Notes under the pieces: model-generated
What the model was told of the DNA's origin: nothing
Database searches by the model: none
What the model saw: the letters and a program-made list of their open reading frames with translations, nothing else
Part shown: positions 25,101 to 37,692 of the stretch, piece by piece
How positions within the stretch are numbered: the stretch's first letter is position 1
How the letters are laid out: every line of letters starts with the position of its first letter
Made by a program: the position numbers and the translations under genes
Assembly: GCA_002189035.1 (NCBI GenBank)
Contig: NEEC01000023.1
Coordinates: forward strand, 62,001 to 126,000
Length of the DNA stretch: 64,000 nt
Direction of reading: 5' to 3'
Origin: Utricularia gibba
Taxonomy: Eukaryota; Plantae; Magnoliophyta

Positions 25101-28100
25101 TCACATCCTAAGCAAGCTGGATGGCACCTTGAAGAACCAAGAACAAGTTTTTAGAGGTGCATGTGAGGATCCATGAACACAGACAGAGTTTGTTTGGATG
25201 AAGGGGCTGCTTTCTTTACCTTGACTTGATGAGGCAAAATCTTGACATCGTGAGGGACGTGCAGCCATGCCTTGGGTGGATAGAGCAAGAAGTTTTCAGG
25301 CTTGCTGGTGTAGACATCAGCATAGCGATGGATATGGTAAGCGAATCCTGATTCTTGGCAAGTGTCTGTCATGAATGTTGCTCCGAATGACTCGTTGAAC
25401 ATGGCCCGCATCCTATGGCGAATGCTCTGTCTTTCGTGGTTGAGATCCTTGACGAGGGAATGGTAATCACTACTGGTGTGGCTGGTTCCCACAGCTGCAA
25501 GCAGTCTGGTTAGAAGGTCATGAATGTAATGAAGCTTAGCCTGTCAAAGAAGAAACATTTGCTAATGAGGAAAATGTTTTTTCCCTCGTTGTTAGGATGG
25601 AGCTCAGAGTTTTCAACAAGTCACCTGTTCAAATCGATACGCATCGCCATTTTGTATCCATATTTCATTCTGAAAAAGGATTAAGGAGTAACATTTGTAA
25701 AGAGGAGCAAAATCCCATCTCAATCAGGAAGGTAATGCATGGAAGAATGATATGCATGCATACTAAAGCAATGGAGGCAGTCAGACCTCCAGTTCATGAA
25801 TGATGGCAGCGGTTCGCCAACCTGCTTTAGAAGGCCCCCTAAGGTCCGTAAAAACATGATCACCAAAGTATATCACCTGGGAAACACTAAAATTGTCAAT
25901 AGAATGAATGACACATGAGAGCTTTAGAAGACCTCTTCATCTAAGGAATACCTCAGGACCCTTCCACTTGGTTATTTCCACGAACTTCTTCAGGCAACCT
26001 TGGTAGTAAATTTTGTTTGGAAGAAAAGAATCAACTCTGGAGAAACCCAAGGTATCTTTCTCAACGTCATAACAGCTACACGAGTTCCAGAGTACAGTTG
26101 GTCAGTTGGAAATGGCGAGAAAAGACAGTGTGTCCTGGATGCTTTGTCAATCAGGTGTTGAAAGATGTCAAACAAACTTCTCAGCGAAATATAACAAAAC
26201 AGTTTCCAGTATGTGGCGCACATCATAGGAAATGGCAAAACAATTATCTTGTTTCAAATTATAAAAATATTTGCAGATTCAAAATCAAAGTGACAGTGGA
26301 GAGAAAGCAAGAGATGAGTACCGAAATGGATGCTCAGATGTATAAAACTCAGGTTTGTGAGCTCCAGCTATAACTACATCAAAAAGCTCCCTCCAGTTTT
26401 CTTGTTGTTCTAGTGTGTCCTAGTATAGGGCGGAGAAAATGTTTTAAACCAGAATCCTTAAAAGTTGCATAAAGAGAGAGAGAGAGTAGGGTCGAAAGAG
26501 CCCTCAATGAACAAGGACCATGTGTGCTGATTGGTAAGGAACTTACCTCAAACATGAAGCGCATTCCCCGTCAACAAAGAAGTAGGGAGAGTTTGTCAAT
26601 AAAAAAAGTTTCTTCCCGTTATCCCTGAGAACCCTCAGAAAATGCAAAAGAGGTTCCTGAATATATGTGACGAATTACTATGAAACAGCTGGTAAAAAGG
26701 TTCCGTGAGCGTTGAGGGCAATATACAAATGAAAGTAAGATTCATTATCCGAGACGCATACATTCTTCTTGAGGTACTTCGCCGGATTGGAAAGAATTTT
26801 TTTATGTGCTAAACCGCTCACATGTGCATGCTTGATGGCTTTCCTCACATCATCATACACATAACAAGCATCAAATTCCAAATTCCCATCCACAAAATGC
26901 TGAACAACATCAGCAATGAGGCAGGCCTGCAAAATAACATTCATGCAGCAGTGATTGAACCAGCATAGCTCTGAAAAATACCCACAACATCAGATATGAA
27001 ACTTCATTTTCCATGTCAACACGGTGTATAGTTAAAAACGCTTAAGTTCACAGAGCACACAAATAATTCCAGACATGTACCAAATCAAATGATGCACCAG
27101 GGAACATAGAGATGCCAGGATATATGGACAGCACGCTTACCTCACTGAAGCAGAAGAAGTCCATCAAGCGCACTAAGCCATGAGCTTGATCATGACCTAT
27201 ATGGCGTGAGCCATATAGTCGATCAATTTCTGATCGGCTAAGCTGCATATTCATGATCAGTGGAATAAAGTCTTTTTTGCCATACCATCTAAGTAAAAAC
27301 TCATACTCGAAGTTCGAACAAGCAACAAAAGAAGTATCAGAAGACAATAATCCATATTCATACCTTACGCCTACCAAAGTAGCATCCATCTGGCTCAATC
27401 GATGCAAAGAAATCAAGCTTCAGAAGGCATCCTTTGAACTTATCATAGCAGAGACCTCTTATAGGAAAGGAGTTATCATATTTGGATTCCATTACTCTAT
27501 CAGGATATTTAAGCTGAGAAAGCAAACAGGTAATGGAACTCCATTTATTTTCCTAGATTTTATGCAAAACGTACGTGGCACAAATCAGAAATTTTCTGAA
27601 CAAACCTCATTAACCAAATATTCTTTGGCAGTATCATATATCAAGTTCTGTACTTTGGCAGAGTAGTGCGCCAACGTGTAGTCATAGTCAAACCCATAAA
27701 CCCGTATGTCATCCAACTTCAAGTTTTTATTGACATACACACCTAGGAAGCCAAAACAATTTGAATATCTCAGAAACTACGCCTTGTATCAAATAAGTTA
27801 TCTATCATGACAAGAGTTAATACAAATCACTGTAAAAGGCCAATACAACGCTGCAAAGTTTATAGAACAGTAAGAATCAAACAATGGAAAAATATTACGA
27901 CCTTCTGGGTTTTTCATAGGAATTTGTCTCAATGTATCTGGTATTTCAAGAAATCTCCGTTTTACAGAAGCAAAAGCATCTTTTACATAGGCAATTTCAT
28001 CATCCAACACCCTGTTTCCTTCCTCCAATTTTCGTTGATTTATATTTGTGACGGCCGAGAATTCACGAAGAAAAGCTCCTCCAATACCTGAGATGTTAAA

Positions 28101-28243
28101 AAGGCAGGATAAGGAACCGAAACCATCCACCCAAATAATAGATTTTAGCGATGCCAATGGGACTTCAACAGCAATCATGCCATTCTTCCCCAATAACGCT
28201 GTAAACTTTTGGAAAATGAGCGACTACGCAGGTATTCCATCAT
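25101..28243 (-). CDS. HAD-superfamily subfamily IG 5'-nucleotidase (cN-II-like), probably organellar
   Basis: VYVNKNLKLDDIRVYGFDYDYTLAHY, FPIRGLCYDKFKGCLLKLD, LMDFFCFSE, FNESFGATF, YHIHRYADVYTSK. N-terminal exon structure uncertain. Confidence 0.85.
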
Positions 28244-29666
28244 TGCTGTAAACGAAATAGCTAGAAGAAGAGGTCACTACACTCCTTACAGTCATTAGAA
28301 ATTGCGCATTAAAACAAACGCAATACCGCATAACAGTAGGAAAAAAGACCACACTACCTTCAACTTTCCCAGCGTACCGTAACTCACCCTTTCTCTGAAA
28401 CTGAAAATCACCAACGAGAATAAACTCACAAAAATTATCCCAATCCCGAAATTCTGAACTAATTTAACATCTGGAAAAAAAAAGTGAAAAACAACCACGA
28501 AGAAGCTTCAAATCGGAAAACCATGTTCGACTTCAAACGTCAAAACAAACCTGCCCACACGTACGGAAAATCCGCGAGCGCGCGGAAGCCATTAGACTAA
28601 AGAATGTTGCTCTATCGTTCTCCTTGGAGCAGCCGTGTTTTTGTATAGCATTTCATAATTACCTTTGAAATACTTCACATAAAAAAAGTATATATTTCTT
28701 TCATTAAAAAAAAAAAGAAAATAGAACAGATCATTAGTGGGCCCCTGAACCCGTTGAAATTTCGTCCTATCCGATTTCAAGGACTTTTGGACTGTTCTCA
28801 GGAATCTTCCCATCCCTGCTCTGGAGCAAGTTTTCTGGGAGGAATCGGTCAAAGAACTTTCGAATCATCCAAACATCTGTTGTGGAAGTTCATTTTTGTC
28901 TCTGGGATATGATGATGTAAAAGCGGGGTAGATTGATCGTCTTGAGAGTCGTAAGTTCTGCACGGTTATAGTTTTTGCTTGATTTATGTTTCGGTAGTCT
29001 GGAAAACCCTTTCAGTCATTTTGTGGTCCGTGAGTGGAGGTGGGTTGAACAACTGATTATGCTTGCTGAGCGATATGATGGTAGCCCTTCATGGTACTTG
29101 TGGTTCTCTGCAGCGGTGTTTTATGTATAAAATAGAAACTTTATGTTTTTATTTCGTTTTGACCCCAGCTGGTTGATTGTTTTTGCGTTTTGTGGTTTGG
29201 TACTCATTTTGATGATCAACATTGCTTTGTAATTGGATAAACAGTTGGAGTAATGGACGAATGCCTTTCGAAATTAGATTGGTATTTTGTATTACCTGAA
29301 GAAGATGGAGGTTGAAATTGTGGCTTCAGATCCATTTCGAGAATGTTTCTGCACGTTTTATGCTTGCCTTTTGAATGCTTTTTCTATATGGCCATTGGGC
29401 ATTGCCTTGGAATATTATGTCTCTGATTTGTCTTGTTTGCTCTAGATAAACAGTTTGATTATTTTATACTTCGATGTGTGGATGCCTATTGGATGGTAAA
29501 AAATGTGTGTGTTTGCTTCCTTTATGCACTCAAAAGTTTCCAGAAACAAAAGCCATTCATGGTTTTACTGCTTCGTATAGCTTAATCCAACATCGGCATA
29601 TAAAAGTCTGATTCCTTTAGTGCCTGTTGCTGTCTTCTGCAGCTATTTTTATCTGAGGTGGTTGTC

Positions 29667-32600
29667 ATGAAGGCCAAGGAGAAGTATGTTAGGTTAGTAC
29701 GGGAATTTCTGTTGGGTTTCTGTTGTATATAATTTTTTTCCATTGAAAGACAACCATTTTTGACTCCCGTAAAAACCATTTCTTGATCTTACCTGGCGGA
29801 AGGGTGAACCTCTCCATGGGTATATATATCTGTAGGGTTTTGTATACTTCTCAGGTGTTGAATTTTCAGAAACAGCCTAATTATTTCACACTCCAGTTTC
29901 CAGGATTGGAGATCTGTGGAAAGTTTTGAGGAGCCATCTTCATATAGGGATAATGTGCACTTGCTCAGGCTCAAATCAGCTGCATATGTGGCCTCTGATA
30001 GTTTTAACAGAGCTTTAGAATTTGGTTCGGATTTAATAAAGAGGTTAACAGGATCTATTAGATCTTTCCATCCAGGGAACATACATTCAGAAGACAAGGG
30101 AGGTAGAAAGAAAATTCTTGATCCCCAAGGCTCATTTCTGCAAAAATGGAATAAGATTTTTGTACTTGCCTCTATTTTTGCTATCTCGCTGGATCCGTTG
30201 TTTTTCTACATACCCATTGTTAATGATATTAACAAGTGTCTAAAATTGGACCGGAGGTTGGCCATTGTAGCTAGTGTTCTGCGATCTGTGACTGATGTTT
30301 TTTACCTTATGCATATTATTTTCCAATTTCGTACTGGTTTTGTTGCCCCTTCCTCACGTGTGTTTGGAAGAGGGGTTCTAGTTGAAGATTTATGGGAAAT
30401 AGCTAAGAGATATTTGTCTTCCCACTTCACAATTGATATTCTTGCAGTTCTCCCACTTCCACAGGTAAGAGACGCATTTCTAGATCAACATATTGGAACA
30501 TTATTTCTGTGTTTCTTTTTTTTTAATTTTTTTTTTAAACTTTCGCAGATTGTTGTTTTCATCATTATTCCCAAGTTGGTAAGAGCACAATCTTTGCATG
30601 CAAAGGACATGCTTAAGATGGTGGTGATATTCCAATACATACCAAGGGTCCTCCGAATAGTTCCCTTGTATAGAGAAGTCACGAGAACTTCCGGAATACT
30701 CACCAAAACTGCATGGGCTGGGGCAGCATTCAATCTCTTCCTTTACATGCTCGCCAGTCATGTAAGTGCAAATCTTCACATGGATTTGTTCGCAATCGTA
30801 GACTCCTCTGCTAAGATTCTTATTTGTTATCCAAAGCATGCGCAATCCTCTTAGAAACAATGGTAAACGGTGGAGTGGCTTTAAATTCATCTAAATGGGT
30901 CTTATCCGGCATGCTTACTCTTCTCTTCCTTGGTGATGGTGGAGTGGGCTTTTCAAAAAGCTTATATATTCCCTTAAAAAAAAAAATTTCTGTTTACCTT
31001 TAGATTCCTCTGTATTACGTCTAACTGAATATCCTACTCAATTTTTTTGTTGCTGATTTTGAAGATCTCTTACTCCCTCTTTACTTTCTATTTGGGTTTT
31101 GGAATTTGATATTTGATTTAGGATTTTTTGGGCAAGAAAGTATACAAGAAAATTTGTTGAAAACCTGAATTTAAGTGTCTACCCTAATAGAAATATACAT
31201 ATTGTCTAAGTATTACGTTAAAATGTGTTCCTGCTCTGCCTGAGATATCTTTTGGATCACTTAATATTGTTTGATTATTTGATAGTCTACTGAAGATGTA
31301 CTAATAGTGTGGCTCATGTTACAAGTAGCTCAAGCATGGATATTTGATGCGAGGATTTGAATTCTTATTTGCATTGGCCAATTAAATGACAGATTTTATC
31401 TTTTTAGGTATGTGGAGCCTTTTGGTATGTGTTTTCAATAGATCGTCAAGCAAGTTGCTGGCTGAGAGCTTGCAGAAAAACATCCTCATGTATTAATCCA
31501 AGTTTTTACTGTACAACCGAGGGCAATGGCTTGAGTGACATCCTGAATAATCAGTGCCCTGTAAAGAATGCAAATGCAACGCTTTTTGACTTCGGGCTAT
31601 TTCTTAATGCCCTGCAGTCTGGGGTTGTTGAATCAGGAGATTTTCCCCAGAAGTTTTTGTACTGTTTCTGGTGGGGGCTTCAGAACCTAAGGTCTGTGAT
31701 ACGCATACATATGATGTCGAGGGTTCATGTTAGTTTTATTTAATATTACGAACATTGAACTTCCAGCCTCTGATGGTGTTGAAATTGAACATGTGTTCCA
31801 TTTTACATAAATTTAATGCCTTTTTCTTTGGAAGAAAGAGCTGTGTATGTATGAAATGATCGCCCAATTAGCCAACTAATTTTTCCTGTGCCAAACAAAA
31901 GATTAGAAGTTTGATCACCTGAACATGTCTTCGTTTCATCTTGCTGTAGTTCTCTTGGCCAGAACCTTCGCACAAGTACCTATTTCTGGGAGAACTGCTT
32001 TGCAGTTGTTGTTTCTATATCTGGCTTGGTGCTATTCTCATTGTTGATTGGAAATATGCAAGTAAGTTTTTCTCATTTTCTATTGTAGCAGAGTTGAGAT
32101 TTTATTTCTGGCATCATCTGCTGCATGCCAAACATTCTTATAGCTCCTGTTGTAAATTCCGTTACAGACATTTTTGCAATCTACAACAAAAAGATTGGAG
32201 GAAATGAGAGTGAAAAAACGAGATGCTGAGCAGTGGATGTCACACCGTTTGCTCCCAGACAGCTTGAAAGATCGAATTCGAAGGTATGAGCAATACAAAT
32301 GGCAGGAAACACGGGTGTTGATGAAGACAGTGTTATCCAGAGTCTTCCCAAGGACATACGAAGAGACATTAAACGACACCTTTGTTTGTCTTTGCTGAAA
32401 AGAGTGAGTTCCTTCTCAAAATTACTTTGTTTAACACCTAGAAATAGAAAGGAACTGTCATGATTCATTGGCCTCTTCATTGCAGTTTTTCGTCCTTTAA
32501 GTTAAGTTCTTTGCGTGTGTGTGTGTGTGTTCTTTTGTTTGTGCTGGAACCTGACACTTTCTTGCAATTTAGGTACCACTGTTTGAGAAGATGGACGATC

Positions 32601-33274
32601 AACTTTTAGATGCTATGTGTGATCGTCTAAAACCTGCACTGTATACCGATGACAGCTACATAGTTCGGGAGGGCGACCCTGTTGATGAAATGCTTTTCAT
32701 TATGCGCGGAAAATTGTTTACCATGACCACCAATGGTGGACGAACGGGCTTCTTGAACTCTGATTATCTAAAAGCAGGGGATTTCTGTGGTGAAGAGCTG
32801 TTGACCTGGGCTCTGGACCCCAATTTATCCACCAACCTTCCTACATCCACCAGAACCGTGCAATCGCTCTCTGAGATCGAAGCTTTTGCTCTCAAGGCTG
32901 ATGACTTGAAGTTTGTGGCCTCCCAATTCAGAAGGATGCATAGTAAGCAGTTGAGACATACATTCCGGTTCTACTCTCAACAGTGGAGGACCTGGGCAGC
33001 TTGTTTTATTCAAGCAGCATGGCGCCGGTACTGTAGGAAGAAGCTTGATGATTCTCTTCATGAGGAAGAGGAAAGATTACACAATGCACTGGCCAACATT
33101 GGTGGCAGTTCCCCGAGTCTGGGTGCAACTCTATATGCTTCCCGTTTCGCAGCAAAGGCACTGAAACCTGTGAGACAAAATGAATCCAGAAAAACAAGGA
33201 TGCCAGAGAGAATCTCACCAATACTGCTTCAGAAACCGGCTGAACCCGATTTCTCAGCTGAAGAAAACAAATAG
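29667..33274 (+). CDS. CNGC1: Cyclic nucleotide-gated channel, group I (CNGC1-like)
   Basis: ILDPQGSFLQKWNKIF, FQFRTGFVAPSSRVFGRG, AWAGAAFNLFLYMLASHV, YCFWWGLQNLSSLGQNL, YIVREGDPVDEMLF, IQ motif ACFIQAAWRRY. One base is missing in G3 at 32313-32315. Confidence 0.93.
32515..32530. repeat. (GT)8 microsatellite in a CNGC intron
   Basis: gtgtgtgtgtgtgtgt read directly. Confidence 0.85.
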
Positions 33275-34780
33275 AACATCCCGGTTATTCTGTGAGGGGT
33301 AGCTAAACCAAGTACATAATGTTCCTATGATTGAATGTTCTTGTTGCTTCCTGGGGCCATTGGATATGTATTTAGTACATAATGTTGCTCTTGTAATATA
33401 CGATTGATCACTTGTGCATTTAAAATACATCATCAACAGTGAAAATTATACAGCAGGATGCCGTTAATGAGGTTCAATTGCTTCAAGGAACACCTCTCTC
33501 AATTGGCCTGAGAGCACTTGTGATAGTGTGTGCCAAGCAACAATAAAAGCATCATCAAATATGACCCACAAGTTGCACAGAAAGCTCCCTGGGAAAGGGA
33601 TCGACACCCAGAATCAAATATCTCCCACCAAAAGCCTTTCTCCAGTGCTCTGGCTCTTGTCCTTACCACATAAACAGGCACCGCAGATCCTTTTATGCAA
33701 TTTCTGCATGCTCCTTACGGTAGCCACACCTTTCTACAAAGCCCCCATATCTAAGTTGATTTTACATCCTTTTGGGAGATATCTGCCACCACTTTCTTCC
33801 CACCCGCCCGCCATATCTTAGCAAATAAGAATCCCACAAGTCCTTGCAATAGCACCAGTAACTTGAACTGAATAAAACCCTACACAGGAACGTGTTTTCC
33901 TGTGCCACCAACATCAAGGATCTGGGGTTCCTAATCCACATATCAAATATCTCTGTATCAGGCGTTTGGCACTAAAGACCTTCTCTATTTAGTAAAATAT
34001 TACGTTGTGCCTGTCACCATTCAATGAACATAACATATTTGGTCTTCATTGGTATAACCATTTTTCTCAAATTTTAACATATCGAAGATATTTAATCCAT
34101 GACACATGCAGAGGATACCTGCTGCATGCACAATGGGTGTCAAAATAAGCAATGACAACAATGAATAATCACACGATTATTAAAATTCAACATTGAAGAT
34201 CTATTTTACTATAATAGCAAATACTGAGAATTGTTTTACCCCACCCCAATATGCAAATCACGATTTCCATCACGAAACACAAACAAAAATGGGTACCCCC
34301 TCGAGACGAGCCGTCCATCGGCAATGCGCATGTGTTACAAATTCCGGTTGGAGTGAACTGGATTCGTCATCATCTCCAATCTCCATCCGCCGGGGAGGGG
34401 AATAATCTTTTGATCGTCGCATGGTCTGAATGGATGGCCGCGATAAGGTTAGGTTCCCCAATCCCCACCCTTTTTCTTTCACCAAAAGGGACTCTCTTTG
34501 GTTCGCATTTCGGGACACAAGTTTTTGTGTGCGCTGGAGCCTGGAGGGAAAAAGAAAACGATTCCTATTCCTATTCCTTTTCCACATCCCACATTTATTT
34601 ATATTTTAATAATGGTTTCAAATTTTAGTATTTGTTTTTGAATAGTATTATTTGATACTATAATTTCCTTTTTAAATTATATGATAAATAATTATTTATG
34701 AATATTCTAATAATTTATATATATAATATAATATATATTACCATAAAATCCGGTCTTTCTCAGTCATTCATCCCGTCGTT

Positions 34781-34789
34781 ACACGTGGC
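34781..34789. promoter_or_regulatory. ABRE/G-box ACACGTGGC
   Basis: Canonical ABRE next to a TATA-rich stretch at about 34715-34740. Motif match only. Confidence 0.35.
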
Positions 34790-36271
34790 ACAACGGGGCA
34801 CACACATTTTCATGCATCATTTCACCCACCCGGGTGCGCTGCTTTTAACTAACCTTTCACCACGCACCACACAAGAATTATGTGGTGTTGAAAACGGCCT
34901 TTCGAGCTTATTAAAAATAATGATTTCTTTATAAAAAAAATCATTTCAAAAATAACAAAACTATTGGATAACATGTAACATAAATATTCATATTTTCATT
35001 ACATTATATTATTTGTTTTAGATATATAGTCCTCACAAATTTACATTATCACTTTTCAAAAAAAATGTTTCATGTAAAATTAGATAATTTATATAAACTA
35101 TTCATATATTTCATACTATTGAAATTCAAGATTCGATGGGTCGTACGAATGTACACATAAAATCCAAGTATATAAAAAATATAGATCACATTAAAAAAAT
35201 TAGACTTAATCCATTATTTGTGATTTTATATATTAGATTATTTCAATTTTATTTTTCGATATGGAATTATGTATTCTAACACATACATAAGTAATGTAAT
35301 ATTCATTTAAGTTAATTTCACACTTCTTTGAATCGAGTCCTATGTATGAGATCATTTAGAAAAGTGATCATTATCACTTTATATCCAACAAAAATTTACA
35401 CATAATATGTTCATATTTTTCACACACTCTATAACGGATGGCCAGTTTTATAATTCATCCTGCGTCACACGATCTGAATACTTGGATAATAAGAAAGGGG
35501 AGGTGGCAGGGAGGCCACAAGAGACAAAATATGTCAACTCTTTGGGGCCAGATTATAAATATTAATAGCTTTGGGGCAAAAGGGTAAGTTGACGAAAGAT
35601 ATGGTACTGTAGAGTGTAGGCTGGACACTCTGACGTGCTTTTAGAAAAAGACATTATATTCTAAATTTGGATGGACGTCACAAAATAATATTTTTTTAAT
35701 ATTACAAAAAATATCGCATTTCCGCATTCTACTGTTGGTTTAATGTGCTAGACTATATTTTAAAATTGGATTAAATTTTAAAACATTGGTTGTTGTTGGA
35801 ATTATGAATTGTAAATATTAAAAAAACACTAATTTGAACCTTTTTTTGTAAGGAATAAGAATTGTTTTATTTAATTTGATAAACATGGCAAATTAGAGAT
35901 ACTTAAAGAAACTATATATATTATGTATATATTCAAAGTCAAATTAGGATCCTCCAATGCATCAGCTAAAGGCAATAAATAAATAATTAATTAAATCTGG
36001 TTCGTGGTGAATCCCCCAGGCGGAATTGGTGCCATTGTTCGATGAACACTAGAAAGTCTACGTGGGCAAAATCGTCATTTCAGGGTTCAGCTCCTCCGCC
36101 TACATAAGACCTCCCTTCCCCGTTAGCCAACTTTATCGCAGAGTCTTCCTCCGCAGGCTTGCGCTAGCATTATAATACATGTTTTCTTCAGTTGTAAAGC
36201 TTCCTGTTTGAAGGAGCTTCGTCTCCGGTTAAAGAAAGAGGAAGATCGATCTGGGAAAAGCCGCAGTCCGC

Positions 36272-36361
36272 ATGATGGGAGTTTGTGTCTGGCGGTTGGA
36301 TTCTCCGGCGAGGCTTCTCTGGTGCTCCAGCTTTTTCCGCCATAAGCTCATGCTCTTTTAG
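36272..36361 (+). CDS. CPuORF33: Conserved-peptide uORF (CPuORF33/HG14 type) in the HD-Zip I leader
   Basis: 29 aa MMGVCVWRLDSPARLLWCSSFFRHKLMLF*, matching the recalled Arabidopsis AtHB1 uORF MMGFCICPLESPARLLWSTSFFRHKIMIF. It ends 79 nt before the main ATG. Confidence 0.9.
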   Translation: MMGVCVWRLDSPARLLWCSSFFRHKLMLF

Positions 36362-36440
36362 AAGATCCGTTTTTCCGATTCCCCAAGTAATTACTCCCCC
36401 TGTTCCCTGTCGCTCGCTTGCCGTTGAGTTTGAGTTGGAG

Positions 36441-37692
36441 ATGGAATCTTGGCGCATGTCTTTTGGCGTTTCCTCCCATGGCCAAGGCAACGCAGATCTG
36501 CTCTTTCTCGGTATCTTTCTTTTTTTTACTATTCGTGCCTTTTTATTACAGAAGAAGATGTTGAAATACGAGATATAGTAGACGAGGACGAGGATGGCAT
36601 GAACTCGATCTTATCACTAAGGCAATCAAAACGCACACAGGAGTTAAACCAGTTTAGATCTGCATGCTTATAAGGCAGGCAGTGGGTTAATCAACCCGAT
36701 CTAGGGTTTGTTTCACAGATCCTATCAGCTCCCAACTTTTCCATGTCTTGGTGTTGGGTTTCAGGAGCACCATCGCTGATGAACATGGAGGAAACGACGA
36801 AGAGAGGGCGATTTATGATGACGGAGGAGAATATGTACGACGAGGACTATTTCGACTATCAGCTGCCGGAGAAAAAACGCCGCCTCACACCGGAGCAGGT
36901 GTCCGTTTTTTTCCCTTTTTCTTTCATTGATTTGGATTTTCATAAGAGAGTTGAAGATGTAGATACTGAGCGGCGCAGGTGCAACTACTGGAAAAGAGCT
37001 TTGAGGAAGAGAATAAGCTGGAGCCGGATCGCAAATCGGATCTCGCGAAGAAGCTGGGGCTGCCGCCGCGCCAGGTGGCCGTCTGGTTCCAAAACCGCCG
37101 TGCACGGTGGAAGACGAAGCAACTTGAAAAGGAATTTGATCAGTTGAAATCTGCATATGATTCCCTCCTCACTAACTACGAATTTGTTCTCCGTGAGAAC
37201 CTTAACCTCAAATCTCAGGTGGTGCATATTTCTCAACTCTCACATTTTCCTTTTTTTTTTTCACAATAAATTTTAAATTAAATTGATATTTTATGCTAAA
37301 TTTTTTACGCAAATTTATGTATTATATTTAAATATAGTTATTAACAAAGAATTAGTCATGGGACCCGCAGACTAAAACATATGGGTTTCTTTCAAGTGCA
37401 GGTGGTGTCCTTGAGGGAGAAATTGGAAGCACAAGAAGTCGAGGCGGCGGTGGTGAGAAAGCATTTCGGTGAATCGCTTCCCGGAGAGGCGGCGGTGTTT
37501 ACTCACGCGACGGCAGGTGATGAGGACGGGCTGAGCTCCGGCGGAGCGGCGGTGTACGACGAAGGCCACCAACTCCCCTTCCAAGTGAACTCCGAGGAGG
37601 ACGACGGCAGCGACGGTTATCGGAGCGACCTCTCGAATGTGATTGGGCCGCCTGAGGAGCTGGAGTCGTTGATTTGGTGCACCTGGTCCTAA
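36441..37692 (+). CDS. HAT5: HD-Zip class I transcription factor (HAT5/ATHB1-like)
   Basis: MES...LFLG|[60 protein letters not shown], and Trp-containing C-terminus LIWCTWS. The upstream CPuORF33 supports this subgroup. Confidence 0.92.

Noticed and set aside
28040-28243. Additional frameshift at the 5'-nucleotidase N-terminus
   Set aside because: An intron from C|GTTATT to CATCTCAG|G explains the frames equally well, so it was not counted.
36552-36673. In-frame acidic poison exon ([16 protein letters not shown]...) inside HAT5 intron 1
   Set aside because: It would need a 41-nt intron (36511-36551), below the usual plant minimum. Kept only as a curiosity.
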